Assembly: GCA_963727445.1 (NCBI GenBank)
Contig: CAVSGI010000025.1
Coordinates: forward strand, 42,041 to 106,040
DNA length: 64,000 nucleotides
Source: an uncultured delta proteobacterium
Lineage (GTDB): Bacteria > Myxococcota_A > Polyangia > Polyangiales > B10-G4
Direction: 5' to 3'
The translations under genes were made by a program, and so were the position numbers. A model generated the notes under the pieces. The model ran no database searches. It had not been told where the DNA came from and saw only the letters and a list, made by a program, of their open reading frames with translations. Below, one piece after another: positions 20,075-34,182 of the stretch (its first letter is position 1; the number at the start of each line of letters is the position of its first letter).

Positions 20075-22189
20075 ATGGGGTCTCACGTGTCTTCCCTGGT
20101 CCACGCCGCACTCACCTTCCGCCGCACGGCGCGGGCGAGCTTCGGCTACCTGGCGGCCTTCGCCTTCGCGGTGCTCGACTTCCTCGGCGTCTTCCGGGTG
20201 AGCTACGAGTCGCTCGGCCTCGAGCACGGCGTGGTGACGGCGGCGTGGATCGCCGTCTTCGCCACGCGGGCCACGTCGCGCTTCAAGCAGGAAGAGGCGG
20301 GGCGGGTGCGCGCCTCTCTCGATCTCGAGCTGGGGCTGCTCCTGCTTGTCGCGGCGCACGCCGTGGTGCAGGTCGGTGGTGGGCTCACCAGCAACCTCTA
20401 TCCGCTGGTCTACATTCTGGTCGCCTTCGTCGCGTCCTTCGGCGAGCGGCCGGTCGGGACGATCCTGGTGCTGGTCGCCGTCTTCTTCGAGGCGGGGCTG
20501 TGGTTCATCACCGAAGAGCGGCGTGACGTGGAGCCGTTCGCGGTGCATGCGGCGTTCATCGTCTTCTTCGGGCTCCTCAATCTGGTCTTCACGCGCGTCG
20601 AGATCGCGCGGGTGCGCGAGCGTTCGAAGCGGGAGCTGGATCAAGAGCGCGAGAAGGTGCGCGACGATGCGCGGATCTTCCGGCTGGTGAGCGCGCCGAC
20701 GTCGTCGGGCGCCGCCGACGAGGAGCGTCTGCTCCGTTCGAGCATGGAGCAGGTCCACGCGCAGCTCTTTCACCAGCTCGACATGCTGAAGAAGACGATG
20801 GAGCTGCACACCTGCATCCTCTTCTTCGTCGACGAGAGCGGGGAGCGGCTCAGCATCGTCGAGCTGGCGACGGACTCGGACGACATCGCCGAGGGGCCCT
20901 TCAAGGTGGGCGGCGGTGCGGTGGGCGCGGTGGCGAGCCGCGGCGTGACGATGAACCTCGAGAACCTGCGGCTCGGCTACAAGGGGCTCTGTTACTACCG
21001 CGGGCCGGCGGAGGTGCGCGGTTTCGTGGGCGTGCCGGTGGTGGACGAGGGGAAGCTGCGCGGCGTCCTAGCGTGTGATCGGCGGGACGAGCGGCCCTTC
21101 ACGGGGCGGGACGAGCAGGTGCTCGAGGCGACTGTGAAGCAGATCCTCCGCACGGTGGAGAACGAGCGGGTCTTCGTGCAGCTCGAGCGCAGCAAGCGCG
21201 AGCAGACGGTGCTCTACGGCGCGTCGCAGAAGCTGGGCGCGGCGCTGACCGAGGACGAGGTGATCGACGCGGGGCTCGCGGCGGCCGCGGAGATCGCGAT
21301 GTACGACTTCGCTGCGGTGACGCTCTTCGATGCGGAGTCGAAGCGGCATTCGGTGCGGCGCGCGGTCGGCGAGGGAGCGGAGACCTTCACGAAGCTGACC
21401 TTCCGGGACAACACGTCGTTGACCGCGATGGCGGTGAAGAACAAGCATTACCTGCCGTACAAGGGCGAGTTCGACCCGCGCCAGCAGGTGGTCTTCACGA
21501 AGCGGAAGAACCTGAAGGGTATGGCGTCGCTCTTGATCATGCCGCTGGTGGTGCGGGAGAACGCGATCGGGACGATCTCCTTCGCGGCGCATCGTCGCGA
21601 TGCGTTCGGGAGCGCGGTGCGGCCGACGCTCTCGGTGCTGGCAAATCACGTGGCGGTGGCGCTGAGCAACGCGGCGGCCGTGCGGCGGCTCGAGGAGATG
21701 GCGACGACCGATGGGCTCACCGGCTGTCTGAACAAGCGGGCGTTCCTGGACGAGCTCGAGTCGAAGATCCGGAGCGCGGAGCGCTTCGACCGCAAGCTCT
21801 CACTGTTGGTGACGGACATCGACCATTTCAAGAGCGTCAACGATACCTACGGGCACGCGACGGGCGACGTGGTGATCAAGGAGCTCGGCGAGATCCTGCG
21901 GCGGATGAAGCGCGAGACCGACGTGGTGGCGCGCTTCGGCGGTGAGGAGTTCTGCATTCTCTGCGAGGAGACCGACACCGAGGGCGCCACGCTCCTCGCC
22001 GAGCGCGTCCGCGAAGAGCTCGAAGCCACCGTCTTCCAGACCGAGCTCGGCCGCCTCAAGGTCACCGCCTCCATCGGCGTCGCCACCTTCCCCCACGACG
22101 CCATGGACGAGCGCGGCCTCTTCGAGGCCAGCGACCGCGCCCTCTACGCCGCCAAACACGGCGGCCGCAACCAAGTCCGCACCGCCTGA
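20075..22189 (+). CDS. Membrane-bound diguanylate cyclase (TM-GAF-GAF-GGDEF)
   Basis: N-terminal TMs, two GAF-like regions, DIDHFKSVNDTYGH, RETD I-site, GGEEF active site. Confidence 0.93.
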   Translation: MGSHVSSLVHAALTFRRTARASFGYLAAFAFAVLDFLGVFRVSYESLGLEHGVVTAAWIAVFATRATSRFKQEEAGRVRASLDLELGLLLLVAAHAVVQVGGGLTSNLYPLVYILVAFVASFGERPVGTILVLVAVFFEAGLWFITEERRDVEPFAVHAAFIVFFGLLNLVFTRVEIARVRERSKRELDQEREKVRDDARIFRLVSAPTSSGAADEERLLRSSMEQVHAQLFHQLDMLKKTMELHTCILFFVDESGERLSIVELATDSDDIAEGPFKVGGGAVGAVASRGVTMNLENLRLGYKGLCYYRGPAEVRGFVGVPVVDEGKLRGVLACDRRDERPFTGRDEQVLEATVKQILRTVENERVFVQLERSKREQTVLYGASQKLGAALTEDEVIDAGLAAAAEIAMYDFAAVTLFDAESKRHSVRRAVGEGAETFTKLTFRDNTSLTAMAVKNKHYLPYKGEFDPRQQVVFTKRKNLKGMASLLIMPLVVRENAIGTISFAAHRRDAFGSAVRPTLSVLANHVAVALSNAAAVRRLEEMATTDGLTGCLNKRAFLDELESKIRSAERFDRKLSLLVTDIDHFKSVNDTYGHATGDVVIKELGEILRRMKRETDVVARFGGEEFCILCEETDTEGATLLAERVREELEATVFQTELGRLKVTASIGVATFPHDAMDERGLFEASDRALYAAKHGGRNQVRTA

Positions 22190-22362
22190 ACGGGGACGGT
22201 CTACACTTTTCAACTTTTCCAGCCTGAACGGGGACGGTCTACACTTTTCAACTTTTTTCAGCCGTTGTGGCGAGTGCTGGGAGCGAAAGTTGAAAAGTGT
22301 AGACCGTCCCCGTTGTGGCGGGTGCTGGGAGCGAAAGTTGAAAAGTGTAGACCGTCCCCGTT
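22189..22362. repeat. Four copies of a 29-bp element (two direct, two inverted)
   Basis: AACGGGGACGGTCTACACTTTTCAACTTT at 22189 and 22227; its reverse complement at 22286 and 22334. Confidence 0.95.
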
Positions 22363-22399
22363 GTGGTGGGGGGCGGTCGGCGCTATCGATTGGGCTGCG

Positions 22400-23422
22400 A
22401 TGGCGGACGGTTATGATGCGCTCTTGTTGCTTTCGTTCGGTGGGCCCGAGGGGCCCGAGGACGTGATGCCCTTTCTCGAGAACGTGACGCGGGGGCGGAA
22501 CGTGCCGCGGGAGCGGCTCGAAGAGGTGGCGAAGCACTATCTGGCGTTCGGCGGCAAGAGCCCGATCAACGATCAGAATCGGGCGCTGCTGACGGCGATC
22601 GACGAGGAGCTGGCGAAGCGCGACGAGGGGCTGCCCATCTACTGGGGCAATCGCAACTGGACGCCCTATCTCGCCGACACCCTCTCCATGATGAAGAACG
22701 CCGGCATCCAGCGGGCGCTCTGCTTCGTGACCAGCGCCTACGGGTCGTACTCGGGCTGCCGCCAGTACCAGGAGGACATCGCGAAGGCGCGCGCCGAGGT
22801 GGGCGAGGGCGCCCCCGAGGTGCACCTCGTCCGGCGCTTCTTCAACCACCCCGGCTTCGTCGATGCCAACGTCGACCGCGTGAAGGCTGCCATCGCCGAG
22901 CTCCCCGAGGCCGCACGCGACGAGGCGCGCCTGGTCTTCACCGCACACTCCGTGCCCCTCTCCATGGCCGAGACGTCCCCCTACGTCGCCCAGCTCGAGG
23001 AGACCGCGCGCCTCGTGGCAGCGGGCGTCGGCCGCGGCGAATGGGACCTGGTGTGGCAGAGCCGCAGCGGCCCGCCCCAGGTCCCCTGGCTCGAGCCCGA
23101 CATCTGCGACCACCTCCGCGCCCTCTCGGAGGGCGGCACCACCGCGGTCGTCGTCTCGCCCGTCGGCTTCATCTCGGACCACATGGAGGTCGTCTACGAC
23201 CTCGATCACGAAGCCCGCGAGGTCGCCGAGGCGCTGGGACTCGAGATGGTCCGCGCTGGCACCGTGGGCACGCACCCCACCTTCATCACCGCCATCTGCG
23301 ACCTCATCGCGGAGCGCCGCATCGGCGCGGAGCGGAAGAAGGTCGGCGGGCTGCCGATGGCGCCCGACGTCTGCGCCGCGGACTGCTGTCCAGCGCCTCG
23401 CCGCGGCCCCCCGAAACGCTGA
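22400..23422 (+). CDS. hemH: Ferrochelatase
   Basis: SFGGPEG, GGKSP, FTAHSVP, WQSRSG, WLEP, GFISDHMEVVYDLD motifs; ATG 22400. Confidence 0.95.
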   Translation: MADGYDALLLLSFGGPEGPEDVMPFLENVTRGRNVPRERLEEVAKHYLAFGGKSPINDQNRALLTAIDEELAKRDEGLPIYWGNRNWTPYLADTLSMMKNAGIQRALCFVTSAYGSYSGCRQYQEDIAKARAEVGEGAPEVHLVRRFFNHPGFVDANVDRVKAAIAELPEAARDEARLVFTAHSVPLSMAETSPYVAQLEETARLVAAGVGRGEWDLVWQSRSGPPQVPWLEPDICDHLRALSEGGTTAVVVSPVGFISDHMEVVYDLDHEAREVAEALGLEMVRAGTVGTHPTFITAICDLIAERRIGAERKKVGGLPMAPDVCAADCCPAPRRGPPKR

Positions 23423-23435
23423 GCCCCAATTGCGA

Positions 23436-23457
23436 AGGGCCGGCGCGAGCCGGCCCT
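23436..23457. terminator. Hairpin between convergent genes
   Basis: AGGGCCGGC-GCGA-GCCGGCCCT, 9-bp stem with GNRA loop. Confidence 0.5.
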
Positions 23458-23482
23458 CCGAGGATGTGGCGCCGGGCGCCGG

Positions 23483-25882
23483 TCAGTACTTACAGCAGCG
23501 GAACCCGGTGTTCGGGAACCGGAACGCGTTGTCGCCGACCGTGAAGTCGAAGGTGCAGGTCCGGCCCGGCTCGATGTTGTTGTACGAGCCGCCGCGGATC
23601 ACGTGGACGCCGCTCGAGACCGAGGTGTTGGTCCACTCCTTCACGTTGCCGCTCAGGTCGTAGATGGGACCTGCGCTGGCCCAGTCCGTGTAGCAGCTCC
23701 CGAAGGTCGTCGAGGCCGTCGGGTAGATCTGGTCGGGGTTGTACTCCTGTCCGTTGCAGATCGTCGGCGCCGAGGCGGTGCACGCGGAGGCGTAGCTCCA
23801 GTCGCAGAACGGTCCGCCCGGCCCTTCACAGGCCGACTGCCAATCGGCCTCGTCGCAGAGACGCCAGCCGGTGATGGTGCCGGTGTTGAGGGCCAGGCAG
23901 GCGTTCCGAGCCTCGGTCCAGGTCACGTCGGTCCAGGGAACGACGTCGGGGTTCGAGCAGGCCTGCGTCGTGACGTTGCCGCCGCTGGTGTCGGTGGCGT
24001 CCGGACGGCTCGCCTCGTATTGCATCACCAGGACGCCGCCGATGTCCACGGTTGGGATGTTCGCGACCGGGATGTCCTCGTCGGTGGTCCCGTCGCAGTC
24101 GTCGTCGATGTTGTTGCAGAGCTCGTCTGCCATGCCAGTGCCGGCGGCGGGCGCGTTGCACGTGACGCCGGTGCCGGCCCCGTTGCAGACGATCATGCCC
24201 GTGCGGCGGCAGAGGCCGATACCGTTCGAGCAGGGATCGCCCTTGGTCGGGAAGGGCTCGTCGATCATGCCGTCGCAGTCGTTGTCGAGGCCGTCGCAGC
24301 TGACCTCCGTCGACTCGTAGTCGGGGTCGGTGTAGTTGCACTGCCAGCCCATCGAGCCGCCGCACGTGGCGGTCGTCCCCGCACACTCGCCGTTGGCATT
24401 GCAGTAGAACGCCGGCGCCGTGATGCCGTCGTCCACCATGCCGTTGCAGTCGTCGTCGGCGCCGTTACAGACCTCCGAGCCGGTGATGCTGCAGGTGTAC
24501 TCGCAGCCGTTGCCCGGGCTGCCATCGAGGTCGACGAAGCCGGAGTCGCAGGACAGCACCACGCAGCTGCCGCCGCTGCAACCCGCGGTGGCGTTCATGA
24601 GGCTGCACGCGTTGCCGCAGGAGCCGCAGTTGCGAACGTCCGTCATGAGGTCGTAGTCCTCGTCGACCATCATGTCGCAGTCGTTGTCCATGCTGTTGCA
24701 GACGTCGAGGGACGGCCCGGTGGACCCCACACACTGGATCGAGCCGCCGGTGCACATGTAGGTGCCCGACATGCAGACGCCCGCCGAGGTGCCGCAGCTG
24801 CCGCCACCTTCGGGGTTGCCGTCGTCGATGGTGCCGTCGCAGTCGTCGTCCTGACCGTTGCAGAGCTCCATCGTGGGCCCGATGCCTCCCATGCAGACCA
24901 GGGTGCCGCCGCTGCACTGCTCGCGACCGCGCACGCACGCGCCGACGCCGCTGCCGCAGAGCGCGCCCGCCTTCGGGGTTGCCCTGGTCGACGGTGCCGT
25001 CGCAGTCGTCGTCGAGGCCGTTGCACAGCTCGGTGGTGGGCTCGACCGCGCCGCTGCAGACGATCGCGCCGCCCACGCAGGCTTCCGTGCCCACCGTGCA
25101 CTCGCCGACGTTGGTGCCGCAGGAGCCGCCGCCGCCCGGGTCGCCTTCGTCGACCATGCCGTCGCAGTCGTCGTCGACAGCGTTGCAGGTCTCGGTGCCC
25201 GGCGTCGACGGGGTGCAGGCGTACTCGCAGCCGTTCCCCATCGCGCCGTCGATGTCGTAGAAGCCGGGGTCGCAGTCGCCGAGCACGCAGGCGCCGGCGT
25301 CGCAGGCGCCCGAGGCGTGGGCGAAGCGGCAGATGGTGCCGCAGGTGCCGCAGTTCATCGGGTCGGTGTCGAAGGTCGACGTCCTCGTCGACCATCCCGT
25401 CGCAGTCGTTGTCGCGCAGGTCGCAGGCCGAGTCGTCGGCCGCCGGGTCCAGCGTCGAGCAGCGGTACTCGCATCCGTCGCTGTCGTCACCGTTCAGGTC
25501 GTAGAAGCCGACGTCGCAGGAGCCGAGGCCGCAGACGCCCGCGGTGCAGGTCGGGAAGGCGTCGGCCGGCGCGCAGGCGTTGCCGCAGCCGCCGCAGTTC
25601 GTCGACGTCGGTGTCGGTGTCGATGCCCTCGTCGACCATGCCGTCGCAGTCGTCGTCGAAGCTCGTTGCAGAGCTCCACGCGCCGGGGACGCAGCCGTCG
25701 GGGCCGGTGTCCAGCGGCCGTGTCCGCGGCGGCGTCCCGCGGGCCGGCGTCGCGCACGCCGCTGTCCCGCACCGCCGTCGTCGACCGTGCATCGCCGTCT
25801 GCCTCCGGCGTCCACGCAGTCGAGACAGTAGGGGTCGACGTCGCAGCCGCCGAGGACAGAGGGTCGAGCACCGCGAGCAGCG

Positions 25883-25900
<18 letters not shown>
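23483..25900 (-). pseudogene. Frameshifted Cys-rich protein: MopE-type repeats plus C-terminal FGE-sulfatase (C-type-lectin fold) domain
   Basis: ExCNGxDDDCDGxxDE repeats split over several frames; intact 3' part (23483..24934) with DLSGNVKEW, RGGSY and GFRCC; the frameshifts may be sequencing errors. Confidence 0.75.
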
Positions 25901-29501
<3,601 letters not shown>

Positions 29502-29675
29502 CCCAACCCCTTCCAATGAAATCGCCGCGGAAAACGAGCGGTTAGGCCCCAGCACCTGTCCGCTCCTGCCTTGGAATCTGAGCACGTCCCCCTCCAAAGA
29601 GTCAACACCGCTGGAAAGTTCCAATGAACGGTCTTGGCGCCCGGATCTGGCTTCGAGCCCCACCGATGCGCAATC

Positions 29676-32438
29676 ATGCAAACGACCGTGACCGCTGGGA
29701 AACCTCAGAAGGGCCGCCCCGCCCTCCCCAGCCGCCCGACCCTGATGATGGTCGGGTCGGACCCCATGTCCGACGCCATCCGTGCGGCGGTGACCCGCCA
29801 TCGCCTCCAGGTCGAGTCCTGCGGCCTCGCCGACATCCCCTCCGCTGTCATCGCGTCGGCTCCCGATCTGGTGCTGCTGGTGGGGGACGCGGCGCTCGGC
29901 GGCGGACGCGACGTGCTGCGTCTGCTCGCCCTCAATCCGGCGACCGCGGTTCTCCCCGTCGCCATCCTCACCGACGACGCATCCCTCGACGACAAGCTGA
30001 GCGCGTTTCGTTACGGCGCCGTCGCGGTGGTGCCGCGAATGGCGAGCGCCGACGCGATCGGCAAGCGCATCGCCGAGCTCGCGCGCGAGCTTCCCGAGCG
30101 TGCGGGCGAAGCGACGGGTGAGCTGGGTGAAGCGACGCTGGACGAGTTCGTCGATCTCCTGAAGAAGGAGCTGCGCTCCGGGATCCTCAGCGTCGGCAAG
30201 TCGGGCAAGGAAGATCAGTCGGTGCGCATCGTCCTCGGTGCCGGGCGACCGGTCGCCGATGCGCTGAAGGACTTCGTACAGCGTTTGCGCCCACTCGTCG
30301 CCGAAGCGGAGCCGCTTCAGTACGAGCTCCTCGAGGAGAGCGGAGGTCGCCTGCAGCTCCTCGAGCCCTCCGGATTGCTCGAGCTGCCGAAAGCCGATCC
30401 GGCGATCCTCTCGGGCACGCGCATCCTGGTGATGGACAGCGATCCCGGGCGCGCCGATGCGCTCGCTCAGGAGCTGCGCGGTCACGCGGCCAAGGTCGCG
30501 GTGACCGAGGTCAGCGCGCGCGGCCTCGAGAAGGCGCGTGGGCTGGAGCCCGAGGTCCTGATCATCGACGGCGCGGATCTCGACGGCCCTGCGTTCGCAC
30601 TCGTGCGTGGGCTTCGGCGCGATCCGCGGCTCCGCTGGACGTCGATGCTCATCGTCAGCTGGGCGGAGCTCTGGCCCCACGAGGACGGAGGGCCGGACCT
30701 GCCGCTCTTGGCGGCGAAGATCGAGCCACTGATCGGTCAGGACCTCGAGCTCACCGCGCGCGCCGAGCGCGAAGAGCAGTTCGACACCCGTCTCGAGACG
30801 ACCGGGCCCGGGCGGATGGTGCGCGCGCTCGTCAAGGCGAAGAAGACGATGCACGTCACCGTCGTCAGCCAGAAGGCCACCATCGAGCTCGACCTCAGTC
30901 AGGGGCTCGTGGTCGGTGCGGAGGGCAAGCTCCCCGACGGCACCGAGCTCGCGGGGGCCGCAGCCGTGGCCACGCTCCTCGTGTTGAGCTCGGGGCGCGT
31001 GCGCATCGAGCGAAGGATGAACCCGTCGGCGGCGAACGTGATGACACCCGTCGACGAGTGCCTGGCGGCGGCGTGGCTCGAGGGCTCGCCCGTCCAACCG
31101 TCGATCCCTCCTTCGGCGCCGCCCGTCCCCGCCGCGAAGGCTGCCTACGTTCCCAAGCCACCCAAGCCCGCCCCTCTACCGCCCGGCCGCAAGCCCAAGA
31201 AGAAGGGCGTCGAGAAGATCACCGTGCCGGATGGCAACAGCGCCCCGACGCCTGCCGCGGGGATCGATCGGGAGGTGGCGCGCACCCTCATGGGGATGGG
31301 CGCGGTGACACCCCCCGGCGGGGTGAAACCACCCGTCGTGCCCGCACCCCTGTCCCCCCTCGGCACCGTTCCCGATGCCCCCCACGACCGCCTCACGCCC
31401 AAGCTGCCGAAGGACCAGGTGCTCGTCGCTGCCGAGGACCCGTCGGCGGACGACGAGCCCATCCAGACCTCCGACCCGAGCCTCGCGTCGATGCTCGAGG
31501 GGGACGAGACCGAAGCGAACATCGCGCATTTCGATCACGATACGCAGCTGAACGCGGTGACGGTTCGGCCGCCCCCAGGCTACGAAGAGGCCGCGGAGCG
31601 CGGAGACCCGACCATCCTCGATCCGCCCTCCGATGAAGCGGGCGGTTTCCCCGCGATGTCGGAGCTCGAGGCGACCGAGCATCTGCCGAACACGACGAAA
31701 GGTGGCGGCGCGGGCAAGATGATCGCCATCGTCTTCGTGCTCCTGCTCCTGGTGGGCGGTGCCGTGGCCGCGTTCTTCTTCGTGCCGGGTGTGCGGGCGG
31801 CGCTCGGCATGGGAGGCGGCGCGGTGGCGATGGGCGACCACCCGGAGCCGAGCTCGAACGACGTGGTGACGCCGCCGGATGCCGCGGCCGCCGTGGACGC
31901 GGCTGCGCAGACGCCCGACGCCGAGAGCGATGCGTCGGTCGCGGACGCGGCGAGCGCCGTCGCCAACGTCGATGCGGCGGCGGACAGCGGGGCGGCCACC
32001 GAAGAGGAAGGCGAGGAAAGCGAGGAAGGCGAGGAAGGCGAGGAGGAGGCGGTGGCCATCGGCGAGATCGATCCGGACCGCTCGGTCGACTCGTTGGTGC
32101 GCGAGGCGGAGTCGATGATCCGAGACGGCGAGGTCCTCGCCGCGGCGCCTCTCCTCGAGCGCGCCTACGAGCTGGACTCGAGCGACAATCACGTCCTCGC
32201 AGGCCTCGCGCGGGTGTACATCGCGCGTGGCGATGGGCCGCGTGCGGTGCAGATGGCGGAGGCGGCGGTGCATCGGCGCTCGCGTCGCACTTCGTATCGG
32301 TTGCTGCTGGGGGAGGCCTACGAATTGGCCGGCGACACGGAAAACGCCCGGATCACCTACAACCGCGTCCTTCGCGAAGAGCCGCAGAACGGGGTCGCGC
32401 GCCATCGCCTCGACGCGCTTTCGGGCGGCGGTGAGTGA
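29676..32438 (+). CDS. Multidomain signalling-type membrane protein (degenerate receiver-like domains, Pro-rich linker, TM, C-terminal TPR)
   Basis: PDLVLL and PEVLII receiver-like segments, TM IAIVFVLLLLVGG, TPR helices; ATG 29676. Confidence 0.75.
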   Translation: MQTTVTAGKPQKGRPALPSRPTLMMVGSDPMSDAIRAAVTRHRLQVESCGLADIPSAVIASAPDLVLLVGDAALGGGRDVLRLLALNPATAVLPVAILTDDASLDDKLSAFRYGAVAVVPRMASADAIGKRIAELARELPERAGEATGELGEATLDEFVDLLKKELRSGILSVGKSGKEDQSVRIVLGAGRPVADALKDFVQRLRPLVAEAEPLQYELLEESGGRLQLLEPSGLLELPKADPAILSGTRILVMDSDPGRADALAQELRGHAAKVAVTEVSARGLEKARGLEPEVLIIDGADLDGPAFALVRGLRRDPRLRWTSMLIVSWAELWPHEDGGPDLPLLAAKIEPLIGQDLELTARAEREEQFDTRLETTGPGRMVRALVKAKKTMHVTVVSQKATIELDLSQGLVVGAEGKLPDGTELAGAAAVATLLVLSSGRVRIERRMNPSAANVMTPVDECLAAAWLEGSPVQPSIPPSAPPVPAAKAAYVPKPPKPAPLPPGRKPKKKGVEKITVPDGNSAPTPAAGIDREVARTLMGMGAVTPPGGVKPPVVPAPLSPLGTVPDAPHDRLTPKLPKDQVLVAAEDPSADDEPIQTSDPSLASMLEGDETEANIAHFDHDTQLNAVTVRPPPGYEEAAERGDPTILDPPSDEAGGFPAMSELEATEHLPNTTKGGGAGKMIAIVFVLLLLVGGAVAAFFFVPGVRAALGMGGGAVAMGDHPEPSSNDVVTPPDAAAAVDAAAQTPDAESDASVADAASAVANVDAAADSGAATEEEGEESEEGEEGEEEAVAIGEIDPDRSVDSLVREAESMIRDGEVLAAAPLLERAYELDSSDNHVLAGLARVYIARGDGPRAVQMAEAAVHRRSRRTSYRLLLGEAYELAGDTENARITYNRVLREEPQNGVARHRLDALSGGGE

Positions 32439-32499
32439 GCGCTCGCCTCGTTTTGACAGCATGACGTTCGCCGCTTAAACCTCCCGCGCGGGAGGCGGT

Positions 32500-33585
32500 A
32501 TGGCTCGTTCTGGCTTTTGGGGGCTCTTGGTGGTGGCGGTCGCTTGTGTGGGGTGCGCCACGAAGGGCACGCCTCGAGGCGGCGACGGCGACTCGAGCAT
32601 CGCCATCGATGGCAGCACCCGCACCGACAGCACCGTCCGCCCGATCCCGGACGCGAGCCTCGAGGGCTGCACCGCGAGCAGCGCCATGGTCGAGGAGGGC
32701 TACGCGCCCATCGACATCATCTACGTCGTCGACAGCTCGGGGAGCATGTCGAACGAAGCGGAGCGCGTGCAGGAGAACATGAACGCGTTCTCCACCGCCC
32801 TCGGCGCCCTCGACCTCGACTACCACGTGGTGATGATCACCACGAGCTCCTACGTGTCGGTGCCGCCGCCCCTCGGCGGCAGCCCCCGCTACATGCTCAT
32901 CGATCGTCCGGTCTCCTCGAACGAGCCGCTCCGCGCGCTCCTCGACGAGTACCCGACCTACTCGAGCTTTCTGCGCCGCTCGGCGATAACCCATTTCGTG
33001 GCGGTGACCGACGACGAGAGCGACGTGACCGCGGCAGACTTCAAGATGCAGATGGAGCGCAACCTGATGCGCAACTTCATCTTCCACGCCATCGCATCGG
33101 AGATGGGCACCACCTCCTTCACCAATCCCGAAGGCGCGTGTCAGGTCTCGGGCGGCGGCTTCGGAGACGGCGCGGCGGCGCCAGGGCTCCAGTATTACGA
33201 GCTGGCGCATCTGACCGGCGGGCTGACCTTCTCCATCTGCACGCCCGCAGACGAGTGGGCGGGGCTCTTCGACACGCTGACGGCAGCGATCGCGGTGCCG
33301 ATGGCGCTCCCCTGCCGCTACGAGGTGCCTTCGGCGCCGGACGGCATGGAGCTCGATCCCTTCCAGGTGAACGTCCGCTTCACCAGCGGCACCGGCATGG
33401 AGCAGGTGCTGCCTTACGCCGGCGGCATGGCCGGCGCGGACACCGACTGCACCGCGGGCGGTTGGTACTACGAGAGCGACGCGCACGACGTGATCCTGAT
33501 CTGCCCCAACACCTGCTCGCAGATCGAGAGCGACGCGGCCGCACGGCTCGACTTGATCTTCGGCTGCATGACGCAGTTCATTTAG
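32500..33585 (+). CDS. vWA-domain lipoprotein
   Basis: Lipobox CVGC, DSSGSM MIDAS, VAVTDD; GGAGG RBS. Confidence 0.85.
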   Translation: MARSGFWGLLVVAVACVGCATKGTPRGGDGDSSIAIDGSTRTDSTVRPIPDASLEGCTASSAMVEEGYAPIDIIYVVDSSGSMSNEAERVQENMNAFSTALGALDLDYHVVMITTSSYVSVPPPLGGSPRYMLIDRPVSSNEPLRALLDEYPTYSSFLRRSAITHFVAVTDDESDVTAADFKMQMERNLMRNFIFHAIASEMGTTSFTNPEGACQVSGGGFGDGAAAPGLQYYELAHLTGGLTFSICTPADEWAGLFDTLTAAIAVPMALPCRYEVPSAPDGMELDPFQVNVRFTSGTGMEQVLPYAGGMAGADTDCTAGGWYYESDAHDVILICPNTCSQIESDAAARLDLIFGCMTQFI

Positions 33586-33601
33586 GGCGCTTCGCGTTGG
33601 T

Positions 33602-33735
33602 GGGAACGGGAACGTGAGCGGGAACGTGAACGTGAACGTGGGCGGGAACGTGAACGGGAACGTGAACGTGAACGGGAGCGTGAACGGGAACGTGAGCGGG
33701 AGCCGGAACGTGAACGTGAACGTGAGCGGGTGAGC
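33602..33735 (+). repeat. Hexamer tandem tract 1, about 22 x G(G/T)GA(A/G)C
   Basis: GGGAAC/GTGAAC/GTGAGC/GGGAGC units in register from 33602. Confidence 0.95.
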
Positions 33736-33739
33736 GTGT

Positions 33740-33801
33740 TTCTTGGTCATCGCTGAGACCCCTCTCTTTTGGGGGAAAGGGGTCTCAGCGATGACCAAGA
33801 A
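33740..33801 (+). promoter_or_regulatory. Perfect 24-bp inverted repeat just upstream of four-helix-bundle gene 1
   Basis: TTCTTGGTCATCGCTGAGACCCCT (33740-33763) and AGGGGTCTCAGCGATGACCAAGAA (33778-33801). Confidence 0.85.
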
Positions 33802-33813
33802 CACTCTGATCAG

Positions 33814-34131
33814 ATGATTCATCACAATCTTCGGGTTTGGCAGCGGGCCGTGGCCCTGGTGCGTGCCGTGTACGCCAACCTGCCGAAGGACGCCGAGCTG
33901 CGGTCGCAGGTGAAGAGGGCTTCGACCTCGGTCGGTGCCAACATCGCCGAGGGATGCACGCAGAGCTCGCGGGCGATGCAGCGTAAGCACTACGAGATCG
34001 CGCGGGGCTCGGCCGTCGAGACCGTGGCGTGTTTCGAGCTGGCGGAAGCGACGGGGGATCGGCTTCCTGTCGAGGAGGTGCGAAGCCACGGCGCAGCGAT
34101 CGCCGCGATGCTCACGAAGATGCTTCGGTGA
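33814..34131 (+). CDS. Four-helix-bundle protein (23S rRNA IVS protein / Avd-like family)
   Basis: LRVWQRA, QVKRASTSVGANIAEG, IARGSAVET motifs. Confidence 0.9.
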   Translation: MIHHNLRVWQRAVALVRAVYANLPKDAELRSQVKRASTSVGANIAEGCTQSSRAMQRKHYEIARGSAVETVACFELAEATGDRLPVEEVRSHGAAIAAMLTKMLR

Positions 34132-34137
34132 ACGACG

Positions 34138-34175
34138 GTGAGCCCGGAGGGAGGGGGTTCGCCCTCCGGGCTCAC
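34138..34175. terminator. 14-bp hairpin between the two convergent four-helix-bundle genes
   Basis: GTGAGCCCGGAGGG and CCCTCCGGGCTCAC arms. Confidence 0.65.
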
Positions 34176-34182
34176 GTTCACA

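Noticed and set aside
22189..22362. Mini-CRISPR (29-bp repeats)
   Set aside because: The copies switch orientation, and the spacers are short and partly duplicated.
22265..22399. N-terminal extension of hemH
   Set aside because: It derives from the 48-bp repeat; ferrochelatase similarity begins at ATG 22400.
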